DNA of 63,277 nt, counting the filler, from Tortispora ganteri (Eukaryota), in assembly GCA_003707115.1 (NCBI GenBank). It is 50 parts of 50 records of this genome, joined end to end, with 100 filler letters (N's around TTAATTAATTAA, not from the genome) between each part and the next. Parts side by side here need not be neighbours in the genome. Positions count along the whole stretch, not along the records: positions 23,099 to 24,299 come from PPNB01000203.1; positions 24,400 to 25,563 come from PPNB01000204.1; positions 25,664 to 26,850 come from PPNB01000205.1; positions 26,951 to 28,130 come from PPNB01000206.1; positions 28,231 to 29,400 come from PPNB01000207.1; positions 29,501 to 30,669 come from PPNB01000208.1; positions 30,770 to 31,931 come from PPNB01000209.1; positions 32,032 to 33,191 come from PPNB01000210.1; 42 more parts are not named here. One strand, given 5' to 3'. Of the stretch, positions 23,544 to 35,938 are shown one piece after another. Numbering within the stretch: position 1 is the first letter of the stretch; every line of letters starts with the position of its first letter. Under the pieces are notes generated by a model. It made no database searches. It saw nothing but the letters and a program-made list of their open reading frames with translations, and had not been told where the DNA came from. The position numbers and the translations under genes are program-made.

Positions 23544-24299
23544 CTACAAATTTAAACTAGATAGCAAACTAATCTGAAAAGAGTGTCGGTATTCACTGTA
23601 GAGCACAAGTCGCAACGGCGTCCAGCCCACCGACAATCGCTCATAAATATACCAAATGGACCCTGAGTTCAATGGGTGCACGAGATTCCATCCACCACTT
23701 CCGATTGCCTCTATGTCCCCGCACCTCATCCCGCTTTCCCCAACAAAAATATACGCTAAGTAGTCAATCGACCCTAAGACATATTTTATCCCGTTCGGTC
23801 CCTGAACATATACCAGCACCTCCGTCACTGCATTGACATTATTGTAGTGGATATCTAGATAAGCCCCAACAATTTTCACGTCAACCTTGCTGGAATTCCC
23901 CACCCGGTACTTCCCATCGGCTACCTCCGTTCCATTGTACTGTCTAAGATCCACCGCCCACTCTCGCGCCAGCAGCGTTTGCGACGGTGCGCACAGGCAA
24001 GCGTTTGACACTACTCCACAGCTGCTGCTACTCGAGGCGCTAGAACTCCACTGAGCTGAGCTGGATACGCTCGAACTGACACTCGAACTGGGACTGGAAC
24101 TCAAACTAGAACTCAAACTAGAGCTCAAACTAGAACTAGAACTAGAACTAGAACTAGAACTAGAACTCAAACTAGAACTCAAACTAGAACTAGAACTCAA
24201 ACTAGAGCTCAAACTAGAACTCAAACTAGAACTCAAACTAGAACTCAAACTAGAACTCAAACTAGAACTCAAACTAGAACTGGAACTCAAACTAGAACT
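23544..24299 (-). CDS. 3' part of adhesin type C: SSSL stalk plus C-terminal domain variant 1
   Basis: DGKYR...EVLVY...IFVGESGMRCGDIEAIGSGG...WTPLRLV, TAG stop. Confidence 0.85.
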   Translation of the reverse strand, partial: SSSLSSSSSLSSSLSSSLSSSLSSSLSSSLSSSLSSSSSLSSSLSSSSSSSSSSSSSLSSSLSSSLSSSPSSSVSSSVSSSAQWSSSASSSSSCGVVSNACLCAPSQTLLAREWAVDLRQYNGTEVADGKYRVGNSSKVDVKIVGAYLDIHYNNVNAVTEVLVYVQGPNGIKYVLGSIDYLAYIFVGESGMRCGDIEAIGSGGWNLVHPLNSGSIWYIYERLSVGWTPLRLVLYSEYRHSFQISLLSSLNL

Positions 24300-24399
24300 N
24301 NNNNNNNNNNNNNNNNNNNNNNNNNNNNNNNNNNNNNNNNNNNTTAATTAATTAANNNNNNNNNNNNNNNNNNNNNNNNNNNNNNNNNNNNNNNNNNNN

Positions 24400-25563
24400 G
24401 AAAACACTAGAATCAGAAATGGCGCTTGATACATGAGCAAAACTCGATTCAGAAACAATATGACTAGTGCTGGAATTACCATATGAGCTCCAGCCAATAC
24501 TGGAACTTAGTGCATTACTTGAAGCAGTAGAAAGAACTGAGGCGGATGTAACACCAGAACTTGCAGTCACACTCGAAGATCCGGGGCCTACTGATGAGCC
24601 TGATACAACACTAGAGCCGGGTACAGCCGAAGATCCCGACGCAGCTGAAGATCCTGATACAACACTAGAGCTGGGTACAGCTGATGATCCTGACGCAGCC
24701 GAAAATCCTGATACAATACTGGAGCGGGGTGCAGCTGAAGATCCTGATACAACACTGGAGCTGGGTGCAGCTGAAGATCCTGACGCAGCCGAAGATCCTG
24801 ATACAACACTGGAGCTGGGTGCAGCTGAAGATCCTGACGCAACAGAAGATCCTGATACAACACTAGAACTGGGTGCAGCTGAGGATCCTGACGCAACAGA
24901 AGATCCTGATACAACACCAGAACTGGGTGCAGCTGAGGATCCTGACGCAGCTGAAGATCCTGATACAACACTAGAACTGGGTGCAGCTGAGGATCCTGAT
25001 ACAACACTAGAGCCGGTTACAGCCGAAGATCCTGATACAACACTAGAGCCGGGTGCAACCGAGGATCCTGACGCAGCCGAAGATCCTGGAGCAACTGAGG
25101 ATCCAGGCGCAGCACCTGAAGCAGAAGAGAGTTGACTAGTGCTAGAGTTTCCATATGAGCTCCAACCAATACTAGATTTCGGTGCACTGCTGGAGGCAGA
25201 TGGAATTGCAGGAGATGATAATGTACTTGGAACAGAAGTCACGCTAGAACTTGAGGTGATACTCGATCCTGGTGCGGCAGAAGAGCTGGGAAGAGCGGAA
25301 GATTCCAAGCTAACGCTAGAATCAGAAACGGTAGATGACCCAGAGGCGATAGAGGATCCCGATACAATGGAGCTAGGCGCAACTGATGACTCGGAGGCAA
25401 CAGAGGATCCTGATGCAACGGAGCTAGGTGCAACTGATGACTCGGAGGCAACAGAGCTAGATGCAACTGAAGATCCCGATGCAATGGAGCTAGATGCAAC
25501 TGAAGATCCTGATGCAACTGAGCTAGGTGCAACTGAAGATCCTGAGGCAACGGAGCTAGGTGA
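24400..25563 (-). CDS. Internal fragment of adhesin type B (GSSAAPSSSVVS repeats, two SSIGWSSYGNSST motifs)
   Basis: Overlaps the ends of 8449-9741 and 17803-19074; paralog of 50517-51605. Confidence 0.85.
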
Positions 25564-25663
25564 NNNNNNNNNNNNNNNNNNNNNNNNNNNNNNNNNNNNN
25601 NNNNNNNTTAATTAATTAANNNNNNNNNNNNNNNNNNNNNNNNNNNNNNNNNNNNNNNNNNNN

Positions 25664-26850
25664 GCTGCTGCTTTTTAGCGGTATCGAATAACTTGAACAG
25701 AAGCTGGATGAGGTATTGACCACAATCGGCGGAATAGGTGTAGTTGGACCTTTAGTAGGCCATGGGATTGGAGGAACCGGAACGGGAACAATTGGCGGAA
25801 TTGGAGGTATTGGCGGAACAATAGGCGGGATCGGAGGAACTGGAGGGAATGGACCCGGAGGATCCGGAGGAGGATCAGGGTCCGAAGAAGACGTAGTTGT
25901 AGTTGTAGTTGTAGTAGTTTTGGTTGTGGTCTTCGTTGATTTGGTTGTAGTTTCGGTGTTTTCCGTCGTAGTGTCGGTGTTTTCCGTCGTGGTTTCGGTG
26001 TTTTCTGTCGTGGGCGTTGACTCCCGATTCGTCGATTCATCTGCAGTAGATTCACGTGTAGTAGATTCACGTGTAGTAGATTCAGTGTTAGACGTTCCTT
26101 CAGTGGATTCAGCGTTAGAAGTTCTAGATACCTGACTTATTGACGGCGAGGTCATAGCTTCAGATGAAATTCCTTCAGAGGAAAATGTTTCAGAAGAAAC
26201 TACCTCAGAGGAAAATGTTTCAGAGGAAATTACCTCAGAGGAAACTACCTCAGAGGATAATGTTTCAGAAGAAACAGTTTCGCTAGCTTGACTGGAATGC
26301 AGGCTTTCTGAATGCGATTTGGAATCGGTAACACTAGAATGGGAAGCCTCAGATGCAGAGGAGGCCGAAGCGGCTGCTTCAGAAGAGGCTGATTCGGACA
26401 CTTTCGACGCTGAGGACACTGAATCAGAGGTCTCCGGCACGGTAAATGTTATCTCAGAAAACACTGAGCCAGGGATTGTTGACTCAGCGGATGATACTTC
26501 CGATGAAGCTAAGCCAGAGGCTGACTCATAGGATGACACGAAGAATGACACATAGGATGAGGCTGATCCAGAGGCTGACTCAGAGGATGATATAGAGCTA
26601 TTGGACCTCATAGATGTCGTCGAGTTAAATGAGGACGCACTGGTTTCAGAACTATTCCACGAAGCAGTGCTATTTGGCGACATCGAAGTAGTCGAGTTAA
26701 TCAAAGATGCAGATGTCATAGAACTATTCCACGAAGCAGTGCTATTTGGCCACATCGAACTCGCCGAGTTAATAAAAGATGCAGATGACATAGAACTATT
26801 CCACGAAGCAGTGCTATTTGGCCACATCGAAGTCGTCGAGTTAATCAAAG
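25664..26850 (-). CDS. Internal adhesin fragment: WPNST repeats, Ser/Glu-, Thr- and Pro-rich (PPIPP) linkers
   Basis: Continuous ORF ending SSFCSSY, probably the start of the next domain. Confidence 0.82.
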
Positions 26851-26950
26851 NNNNNNNNNNNNNNNNNNNNNNNNNNNNNNNNNNNNNNNNNNNNTTAATT
26901 AATTAANNNNNNNNNNNNNNNNNNNNNNNNNNNNNNNNNNNNNNNNNNNN

Positions 26951-28130
26951 CCTTGATATATCAAAGAGTCTTTTCGCCTGAATACGATGTTAAATCGCAA
27001 TTTAGCTGACATACAAGAACGTAGGTATACTCTTGATACGCCAGAATAGAGCCTAATCAAACTGGTTTTCGAAGATCTAGTGCTTGCTTTGAAACAGCTT
27101 AACGAACAACAATATGCTACAAGATAGTCACAGATGCAGTCAAGCAGTTTAGGTACCAAGCGAAGGACCAGAAACCGCACAAAGAGAAATTGAGACCATC
27201 GAAAGTAAAGTAAGACTACCAAAAGTAAAGTATGGAAGCCGAAGTGAAGGTATCTGAGGTTAAGGCAAGACAGCCAATACTAAGTCAGAGACAAAATAGC
27301 AGATAATGATCTAGCATATCGATAGATAGCGTGTTCCTCAATGTCGAAGCAGGTGGCTTTGGTGGTTTTTACGAGTACTGCGATTTGCTCAATTTTGTTG
27401 GCGAACTATCATGAGCCGCGTGAAAGGCCTAGAAGAGGCTCTGAAGGTATTGTAAGCAGACTGATCGGTTATACGAGTATTTATTGACGTTTTAGAGGCT
27501 TTAAGAGCAATCTCTAAAAAATCAAGATTTTCGTGAAATCTGAAAATTTACCAAGGCTATAGCCTTAGTGTTTTTTGCGATTTTCGAGATTTTCACGGTT
27601 TTCACGGTTTTCACAGTAAACTGTCACCAGCTGCAGAAACACTTCTTAAAGGTATTATATGCATAATGGAACGACATTTGAGTATTTTGGTGGCGTTTGG
27701 GCCGCTATAATGAGCACTTTTAGAAAAATCATGATTTTCGCGAAATCTGAAAATTTACCAAGGGTGTAGCCTTGGTGTTTTTTGCCGTTCCATCATTTGC
27801 ACAAGATTTTCGCGATTTTGCTAATTAGAAGCCACAAGCCGCGCCAAATGCAGTACTTATATGTTCTAAAACTGTGCTAGACATAGTGGAATGATAGTAG
27901 ATTATTCAGTGGAGCTTTAATGGTTATATACTGCCGTGGCAGGTTGAAGGAACATATATAGCATGCCCTACAATTCCCCTTACCAACATTGGTAGTTTTC
28001 GACAAGTTTGATATTCTTGTAATACTGTCCAAAACAGTCGTGAATACCGTCGAAAAGCAATCGAAGCTGTGATTATTAATGCTCCTACTATTTGAATGAA
28101 GCTTATTTTGTGATGTTGCATGTTAACGTG
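26951..28130 (+). repeat. Long non-coding repeat family, bridging segment with an internal ~60-bp duplication
   Basis: Near-identical to 52911-54002. 27323-27600 matches 6683-6968 and ~27970-28130 matches ~41168-41330. Confidence 0.88.
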
Positions 28131-28230
28131 NNNNNNNNNNNNNNNNNNNNNNNNNNNNNNNNNNNNNNNNNNNNTTAATTAATTAANNNNNNNNNNNNNN
28201 NNNNNNNNNNNNNNNNNNNNNNNNNNNNNN

Positions 28231-29400
28231 AACGATCCAGATGACGCTGAGCCAGACGAAGCTAAGCCAGAAGAGACTGAGCCAGATGACGCTGAGCCAG
28301 ACGATAACAATCCAGACGACAACGATCCAGATGACAACGATCCAGATGATAACGATCCAGACGATAACGATCCAGATGACGCAGAGCCAGATGACGCTGA
28401 GACAGACGACGCTGAGCCAGATGATAACGGTCCAGACGATGCCGATCCAGACGATAACGATCCAGATGACGCAGAGCCAGATGACGCTGAGACAGACGAT
28501 AACGATCCAGACGAGGCAGAGCCAGATGACGCTGAGCCAGACGATGCTGAGCCAGATGATAACGGTCCAGACGATGCCGATCCAGACGATAACGATCCAG
28601 ATGACGCAGAGCCAGATGACGCTGAGCCAGACGATAACGATCCAGACGAGGCAGAGCCAGATGACGCTGAGCCAGACGATGCTGAGCCAGATGACGCTGA
28701 GCCAGACGACAACGATCCAGATGACAACGATCCAGATGAGGCTGAGCCAGATGAGGCTGAGCCAGACGATAACGATCCAGACAATAACGATCCAGAAGAC
28801 AACGATCCAGATGAGGCAGAGCCAGATGATAACGATCCAGACGAGGCAGAGCCAGACGAGGCAGAGCCAGAGGAAGCTGAACCAGATGACGCTGAGCCAG
28901 ACGATAACGATCCAGATGACAACGATCCAGATGACAACGATCCAGATGACAACGATCCAGATGAAGCAGAGCCAGATGACGCTGAGACAGACGACGCTGA
29001 GCCAGATGACAACGATCCAGACGATGCCGATCCAGAAGATAACAAGCCAGACGACGCCAACGAGCCAGAAGGTACCGATCCAGACGCTGCCGATCCAGAC
29101 GATGCCGATCCAGACGAGGCAGAGCCAGATGACGCTGAGTTAAACGACGCTGAGCCAGATGACGCTGAGCCAGACGAGGCAGAGCCAGACAACGCTGAAT
29201 TAGACGACGCTGAGCCAGATAACACAGAGCCAGACGATGAGACTGCAGACGAGGCAAAACCAGACGACGCTGAGTTAGACGACGCTGAGCCAGAAGACGC
29301 TGAGCCAGACGATGACATTACAGACGAGGTAGAGCCAGATGATGCTGAGCCAGAGGATGTTGAGCCAGACGACGCTGAGTTAGACGACGCTGAGTTAGAC
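28231..29400 (-). CDS. Internal adhesin fragment, GSASS/GSLSS repeats
   Basis: Open Ser-rich frame; shares SGSAASGSVPSGSLAS with 38279-39418. Confidence 0.78.
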
Positions 29401-29500
29401 NNNNNNNNNNNNNNNNNNNNNNNNNNNNNNNNNNNNNNNNNNNNTTAATTAATTAANNNNNNNNNNNNNNNNNNNNNNNNNNNNNNNNNNNNNNNNNNNN

Positions 29501-30669
29501 TACGTCGATCTACAGCAATTCGAGTGTCTTGCCAACGTCGATCTACAGCAACTCAAGCGTCTTGCCAACGTCGATCTACAGCAACTCAACTGCCTTGCCT
29601 ACATCGATTTACAGCAATTCAAGCGCCTTGCCGATTTCAGTTTTTAGCAACTCAAGTGCCTTGCCTACGTCGATTTACAGCAACTCGAGCGCCTTGCCAA
29701 CGTCGATTTACAGCAATTCAAGCGCCCTGCCTACGTCGATCTACAGCAATTCGAGTGTCTTGCCAACGTCGATTTACAGCAACTCGAGTGCCTTGCCTAC
29801 GTCGATCTACAGCAATTCGAGTGTCTTGCCAACGTCGATTTACAGCAACTCGAGCGCCTTACCAACATCCGCTTACAGCAATTCAAGCGCCTTGCCTACG
29901 TCGATCTACAGCAATTCAAGCGTCTTGCCGACTTCAGTCTATAGCAACTCAAGCGCCTTGCCTACTTCAATCTATAGCAACTCAACTGCCTTGCCAACGT
30001 CGATCTACAGCAACTCAAGCGTCTTGCCAACGTCGATCTACAGCAACTCGAGTGCCTTACCTACATCGATTTACAGCAATTCAAGCGCCCTGCCGACTTC
30101 AGTCTATAGCAACTCAAGCGTCTTGCCTACGTCGATCTACAGCAATTCAAGTGCCTTGCCTACGTCGATCTACAGCAATTCGAGTGTCTTATCTACGTCG
30201 ATTTACAGCAATTCGAGTGCCTTGCCAACGTCAATCTACAGCAACTCGAGCGCCTTACCTACGTCGATTTACAGCAATTCAAGCGTCTTGCCAACGTCGA
30301 TCTACAGCAACTCAACTGCCTTGCCTACATCGATTTACAGCAATTCAAGCGCCTTGCCGACTTCAATCTATAGCAACTCAAGCGTCTTATCTACGTCGAT
30401 TTACAGCAATTCAAGTGCCTTGCCTACGTCGATCTACAGTAATTCAAGCGTCTTAGCTACGTCGATTTACAGCAATTCAAGTGCCTTGCCTACGTCGATT
30501 TACAGTAATTCAAGCGCCTTGCCAACGTCGATCTACAGCAACTCGAGTGCCTTGCCGACTTCAATCTATAGCAACTCAAGTGCCTTACCAACGTCGATTT
30601 ACAGCAACTCAAGCGTCTTGCCGACTTCAGTTTTTAGCAACTCAAGCGTCTTGCCTACGTCGATTTACA
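29501..30669 (+). CDS. Internal adhesin fragment, LPTSIYSNSS repeats
   Basis: Its 5' end overlaps ~2568-2762. Confidence 0.85.
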
Positions 30670-30769
30670 NNNNNNNNNNNNNNNNNNNNNNNNNNNNNNN
30701 NNNNNNNNNNNNNTTAATTAATTAANNNNNNNNNNNNNNNNNNNNNNNNNNNNNNNNNNNNNNNNNNNN

Positions 30770-31307
30770 CATGCTTGTTCGTGATATCCATGGCGAGAGA
30801 GTAGACGGCGTAGGCAGAGAGGAGCGTGCAGAGGCCGCCGTAGAGGGAGACAACAACAAGAAATTGAATAAAGTTTTTGTGATTCCGGAAACCAATGCAT
30901 ATAGCGTACCAAGGGCAATGATGGTCCATACGGAGGACGCAGGCTTTACAAGAGGAGCAGTGATGGGCACGATCAGGTTTCCAGCACTTACACTTGTTAC
31001 AGAATCGCATGCGACCGTCGTGCTTTGCAGTGACGGCATCCGATATAGGCGGTACATCCGTTGGAAGCGGTTCACGGCCTATATAGAAGCCTGGTACGTT
31101 GTACACAAACCCAGGGCCCCTAATCCAAGTTAAATTGTATGTAGTCATGCAATAGAGATAGAGGAATGTGACGAAGAAACATAATATGAAGGAATGATAG
31201 TAGTTCAAAGCAATGATATTAGCAACAAAAATCGACCATGTCAAAAGTGCAGAAACACCCAGCCTCGGAATAGCGCTTATAACGTCAGAACATCCGAAAG
31301 AGGGCAT
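30770..31307 (-). CDS. PFA3: DHHC palmitoyltransferase, Pfa3-like, 5' part
   Basis: Two N-terminal TM segments, then [33 protein letters not shown]. The DHHC family call is secure; the orthology is less so. Confidence 0.8.
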
Positions 31308-31412
31308 ATCATATGGTGAAACAAATGATTGAATAACTAGGTGTAGTTTAGGTAAAGTAAGGCTTTTTTTTAGAATATTTGCATAGCAACGAAATATTAA
31401 AGTAACCTAAAA

Positions 31413-31432
31413 ACGCGACATTGTATTACGCG
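31413..31432 (+). promoter_or_regulatory. Two MCB-like ACGCG cores upstream of POL3
   Basis: ACGCGA at 31413 and ACGCG at 31428 in the 143-bp divergent intergenic region; such sites are expected upstream of S-phase genes. Confidence 0.6.
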
Positions 31433-31450
31433 CTTAAAACTTAGACAACT

Positions 31451-31931
31451 ATGGTGCAGCAAGAAGGTCCACTTAGAGATACTACGAACTTGACAATGAG
31501 AGATGTAAAAAGACCTCGTAAGTCTGATATTGAAGTATCGACATTTGAGACTGATTTAAAGCAATTGGCGCGAGATATGGTTGATCATAAATCCGAATTC
31601 GCCTCTGATCAAATATGGTCACGTCCAAAATTGCCTCATATTGATCCAGCAACAACTGATTTAAATTTCCAGCAAATTGAAGTAGATGATTGCATAATTA
31701 ATGGATCTTCAGTTATTAGATTTTATGGTGTCACAGAAAATGGCAATTCTATCTTATGCAAGGTCACTGACTTCTACCATTACTTCTTTGTCCCCGCACC
31801 GCCCGCGTTCGAGGAATCAGATATCGTGAACCTCATTTTCAGCATCAATAATCACGTTGGAAAAGTGAATACCGGTGAAAACGCCTCTAGTACGATCGCT
31901 ATACACGATGTATACGTACACGATATACGAA
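31451..31931 (+). CDS. POL3: DNA polymerase delta catalytic subunit, N-terminal part
   Basis: QIWSRP...LNFQQIEVD...VIRFYGVTENGNSILCKVTDFYHYFFVPAP matches the Pol3/POLD1 N-terminus. Confidence 0.93.
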
Positions 31932-32031
31932 NNNNNNNNNNNNNNNNNNNNNNNNNNNNNNNNNNNNNNNNNNNNTTAATTAATTAANNNNNNNNNNNNN
32001 NNNNNNNNNNNNNNNNNNNNNNNNNNNNNNN

Positions 32032-33191
32032 TTGCAGGAGATGATAATGTACTTGGAACAGAAGTCACGCTAGAACTTGAGGTGATACTCGATCCTGGTG
32101 CGGCAGAAGAGCTGGGAAGAGCGGAAGATTCCAAGCTAACGCTAGAATCAGAAACGGTAGATGACCCAGAGGCGATAGAGGATCCCGATGCAATAGAGCT
32201 AGGTGCAACCGATGACTCGGAGGCAACAGAGGATCCTGAGGCAACAGAACTGGGTGTAACAGAGGATCCTGAGGCAATGGAGCTAGGCGCAACTGATGAC
32301 TCGGAGGCAACAGAGGATCCTGAGGCAACAGAACTGGGTGTAACAGAGGATCCTGAGGCAATGGAGCTAGGCGCAACTGATGACTCGGAGGCAACAGAGG
32401 ATCCTGAGGCAACAGAGCTAGGTGCAACAGAGGATCCTGATGCAACAGAGCTAGGTGCAACTGAAGATCCTGAGGCAACAGAGCTAGGTGCAACAGAGGA
32501 TCCTGATGCAACGGAGCTAGGTGCAACTGAAGATCCTGAGACAATCGAGCTAGGCGCAACAGAGGATCCTGAGACAATCGAGCTAGGCGCAACTGACGAC
32601 TGGGAGACGATCGAGCTAGGAGCAACTGATGATCCCGAAAAAACACTGGATACAGATAGAATCGATAAGGTAGAAGTCAATGAAGGAATAGGGTTAACGG
32701 GCTCAGGAGATGCACTTGTAGAAGCAGACACAGATATGGATATTGTCTCGCCGCTACTAGTAGTGAACACAATAGTCACTGTCACGGAAACTCCGGCTTG
32801 ACGTTTGAATCGAGCCGCCGATCCAAAGGCCGTAACAGGAATTACTATACGTATTGGGTAGAAGTGTCCAGCAGCAAAGTCGACGGGAAAACTAGCTTTG
32901 AAGTCATTTGAACTAGCCAGTGGGGCAGTGGCAGAAGAGCCAGAAGAGCCAGAAGAGCCAATAAGGTCCATGTTATCGCACCGCATAGCCAGTTCGCCAT
33001 CAAAGAGGTAGGCGTAAGTATCTGCAAGATTACTAGGATCCTGTGCTTGTACATCTACAAACGCGATGTCAGCTGAGGGTTCAAGGTAAAACAGGTACTC
33101 GACGTAGCCTTGTTCGGAAACTGATGCCGATATAGAGTTTGACGAGACAGTGGCGGCCACGTCGTCTCGCTGGTAGTTCCTGTAGTCACCG
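32032..33191 (-). CDS. Internal fragment of adhesin type B (GDYRNYQR...FYPIRIV domain plus repeats)
   Basis: Third copy; has an extra SGS relative to 8449-9741. Confidence 0.85.
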
Positions 33192-33291
33192 NNNNNNNNN
33201 NNNNNNNNNNNNNNNNNNNNNNNNNNNNNNNNNNNTTAATTAATTAANNNNNNNNNNNNNNNNNNNNNNNNNNNNNNNNNNNNNNNNNNNN

Positions 33292-34441
33292 AAGGTTTAG
33301 TCTATCCACAATAAGCACGCTAGAAATGTAATTAACCGCACACTAAAATTCGGGCGTTGGGGAATGAAATATTACCGACGACTCGGGAGCAGATAGAACA
33401 AAAGGTGTCAAGTTTTGTAGTGATGAAATAAAATTAGCAATTCCTTTTTCTGTAATGCAGTCGACGGCAGCATAGAGTCAATATGTCAAACCCGTAAATA
33501 AGCGTTATAACTGCAACGTCAAAGTCAATTAAAAATTAACTATCCACAAAGATTACGCGAACCAACTTCCAGGTGGGCATTTAAAGTGTTCCTAAAGTTA
33601 CCTTACGCAGTCATTTTAGGCTGGTAAAATAGAGTTCATAGAGTTTTAAGGTATATCTATAACTTTATCATATATAATCTGAATATTTGTTGGAAGACGG
33701 TTGCCAAGGGCATAAGTTTCCAAAACCATAAAGCCTAGTACTAGTTCATTTCACCTAACCTTCGCATAACAAACAGTCAAACCTATTATTCAAGGTAAAG
33801 CAAGATCATGCTTTTGTGCTCTTCCATATCATAAACAAATGACCTAAAAGGACATTTGAACACCTGAACAAAATGTCTGAAACACTTAGCATTGTGTTTC
33901 TGAAACATTTACTAACATTATAGATAGACGTCAATTTGTCCCTGATCAAAAAAAGACACAACTTCGACAAGAGAACCAGTTCTCAGCAGATTTAGACATC
34001 TGCCTTATACTTCATCTTACGCTATTAAATAACGTACGATACAGAGGGTTTTAGCCCAGATCTTACTACAGGTCAAGGTTTCCCTCTTTCTAATACTTCA
34101 CGTATCTACACGTAGTTTCTCTCATTGTGCTCAAAACCCTAAGCTACATTACCCTAACAGGTAGTTTTTCTAACAGTACTTCACACTTGTAAGAAAGGTA
34201 AAAGATAGTTGGCGGGACGCCACGATGCGCAAAACCCAACCACTGCAAGGTTTGCTGCTGTGAATGCATAAAAAGATAGAATTGAGTTATCTATCAAAAT
34301 ATAGCAAGGTAAGCAAAGTACTTTCAGGGTTACATGGCATAAAACCAGCCTATTGGAGTCAAGATGCCATATGTGCGAGTGATCAGTGTACATTAAAGTT
34401 GAGGAGAGATTGACTAAATTTGTGTAACTCCAGATCAACTG
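33292..34441 (-). repeat. Long spacer variant between a type A stop codon and the next type A promoter
   Basis: The right end is the PLGSS TGA plus its 3' flank. The left end matches 58051 onward, ~96 nt upstream of the MATFTE ATG. Confidence 0.8.
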
Positions 34442-34541
34442 NNNNNNNNNNNNNNNNNNNNNNNNNNNNNNNNNNNNNNNNNNNNTTAATTAATTAANNN
34501 NNNNNNNNNNNNNNNNNNNNNNNNNNNNNNNNNNNNNNNNN

Positions 34542-35387
34542 GATACTGGTGTACCAACTGATACTGGTGTACCAACTGATACTGGTGTACCAACTGATAC
34601 TGGTGTACCAACTGACACTGGTGTACCAACTGACACTGGTGTACCAACTGATACTGGTGTACCAACTGATACTGGTGTACCAACTGACACTGGTGTACCA
34701 ACTGATACTGGTGTACCAACTGACACTGGTGTACCAACTGACACGGGAGTACCAACTGACACTGGTGTACCAACTGATACTGGTGTACCAACTGACACGG
34801 GAGTACCAACAGACACCGTTACTGATGTTCCTTCATCTAGTGCCGTGCCTGACGGATTAACCTGTTCTACAACTCCACCGGGAGTCCTTCTCATTGTATG
34901 GACAGCGAGTTACACCGACACAGTAGGAAGCTGGACACAAGAACAGATTGCAAATGGTGAATACCGAACACTTGATAAAGTATTAATCCCTCCTCTGTCT
35001 CCAGAATCGTATGTTTACGAGGCACTAGCATATGTGAGAGCGTTATCCCCTTTCTCTGAGGCTACCCTGAGTATTATTACAGTTAGCAGTCTCAACACAG
35101 CACCACAAGGATATGTGTTCGTTGGTGAAGGGGCAGGCACATGCAGCAACCTAAACGAAATAGGAGATGGTGGATCAGTTACTGTCAGCAGCCCATCAGA
35201 TTGGTCTAGTTTACTTGGAACTTATACATGGGATCCAAATGTTATGATTCCGACAGATTATGTTCCTGTGCGCATAGTTCTAACGTACAGTCCAGATAAT
35301 ATTCTCGCAGGAGTGCTTTCCGGCCTGGATAGTCTCTCAATGGTCAGAAGTTCGTTGACGTTGAATCCAGTGCCAAAAGGCGGCTAG
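34542..35387 (+). CDS. 3' part of adhesin type D: TDTGVP hexapeptide repeats plus C-terminal domain
   Basis: The 18-nt repeat is in frame with NGEYR...EALAY...VFVGEGAGTC...IGDGG...YVPVRIV...NPVPKGG-TAG. Confidence 0.85.
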   Translation, partial: DTGVPTDTGVPTDTGVPTDTGVPTDTGVPTDTGVPTDTGVPTDTGVPTDTGVPTDTGVPTDTGVPTDTGVPTDTGVPTDTGVPTDTGVPTDTVTDVPSSSAVPDGLTCSTTPPGVLLIVWTASYTDTVGSWTQEQIANGEYRTLDKVLIPPLSPESYVYEALAYVRALSPFSEATLSIITVSSLNTAPQGYVFVGEGAGTCSNLNEIGDGGSVTVSSPSDWSSLLGTYTWDPNVMIPTDYVPVRIVLTYSPDNILAGVLSGLDSLSMVRSSLTLNPVPKGG

Positions 35388-35938
35388 TTTTATTGTTATC
35401 TAAAGTAATGGCTAACTGTGAAGTCAATCAACAATGAGGCGAAACCTTATTTCTCATTTGGCAATTTTGATTGACGTATTTATTCTGTTCTTTTTTTTTT
35501 TTTTTCAGTTGCCAATCACTTTTTTTCTTTCTTTTCTTTTTATTTTTCTTTCATAATTTTTTATTTTCTTTTCATAATCGTTAATGAGATTACTTCTTTT
35601 TAAAAATTATTGGTGTCAGTAGCTGCAGCCCTTGTAGACGGATGAAAATAGAGTTTGAGAATGCTGTTGTATATATATGCTAATTAGTGATNNNNNNNNN
35701 NNNNNNNNNNNNNNNNNNNNNNNNNNNNNNNNNNNTTAATTAATTAANNNNNNNNNNNNNNNNNNNNNNNNNNNNNNNNNNNNNNNNNNNNTATCTATCA
35801 GAGTATAGCAAGGTAAGCAAAGTACTTTCAGGGTTACATGGCATAAAACCAGCCTATTGGAGTCAAGATGCCATATGTGCGAGTGATCAGTGTACATTAA
35901 AGTTGAGGAGAGATTGACTAAATTTGTGTAACTCCAGA

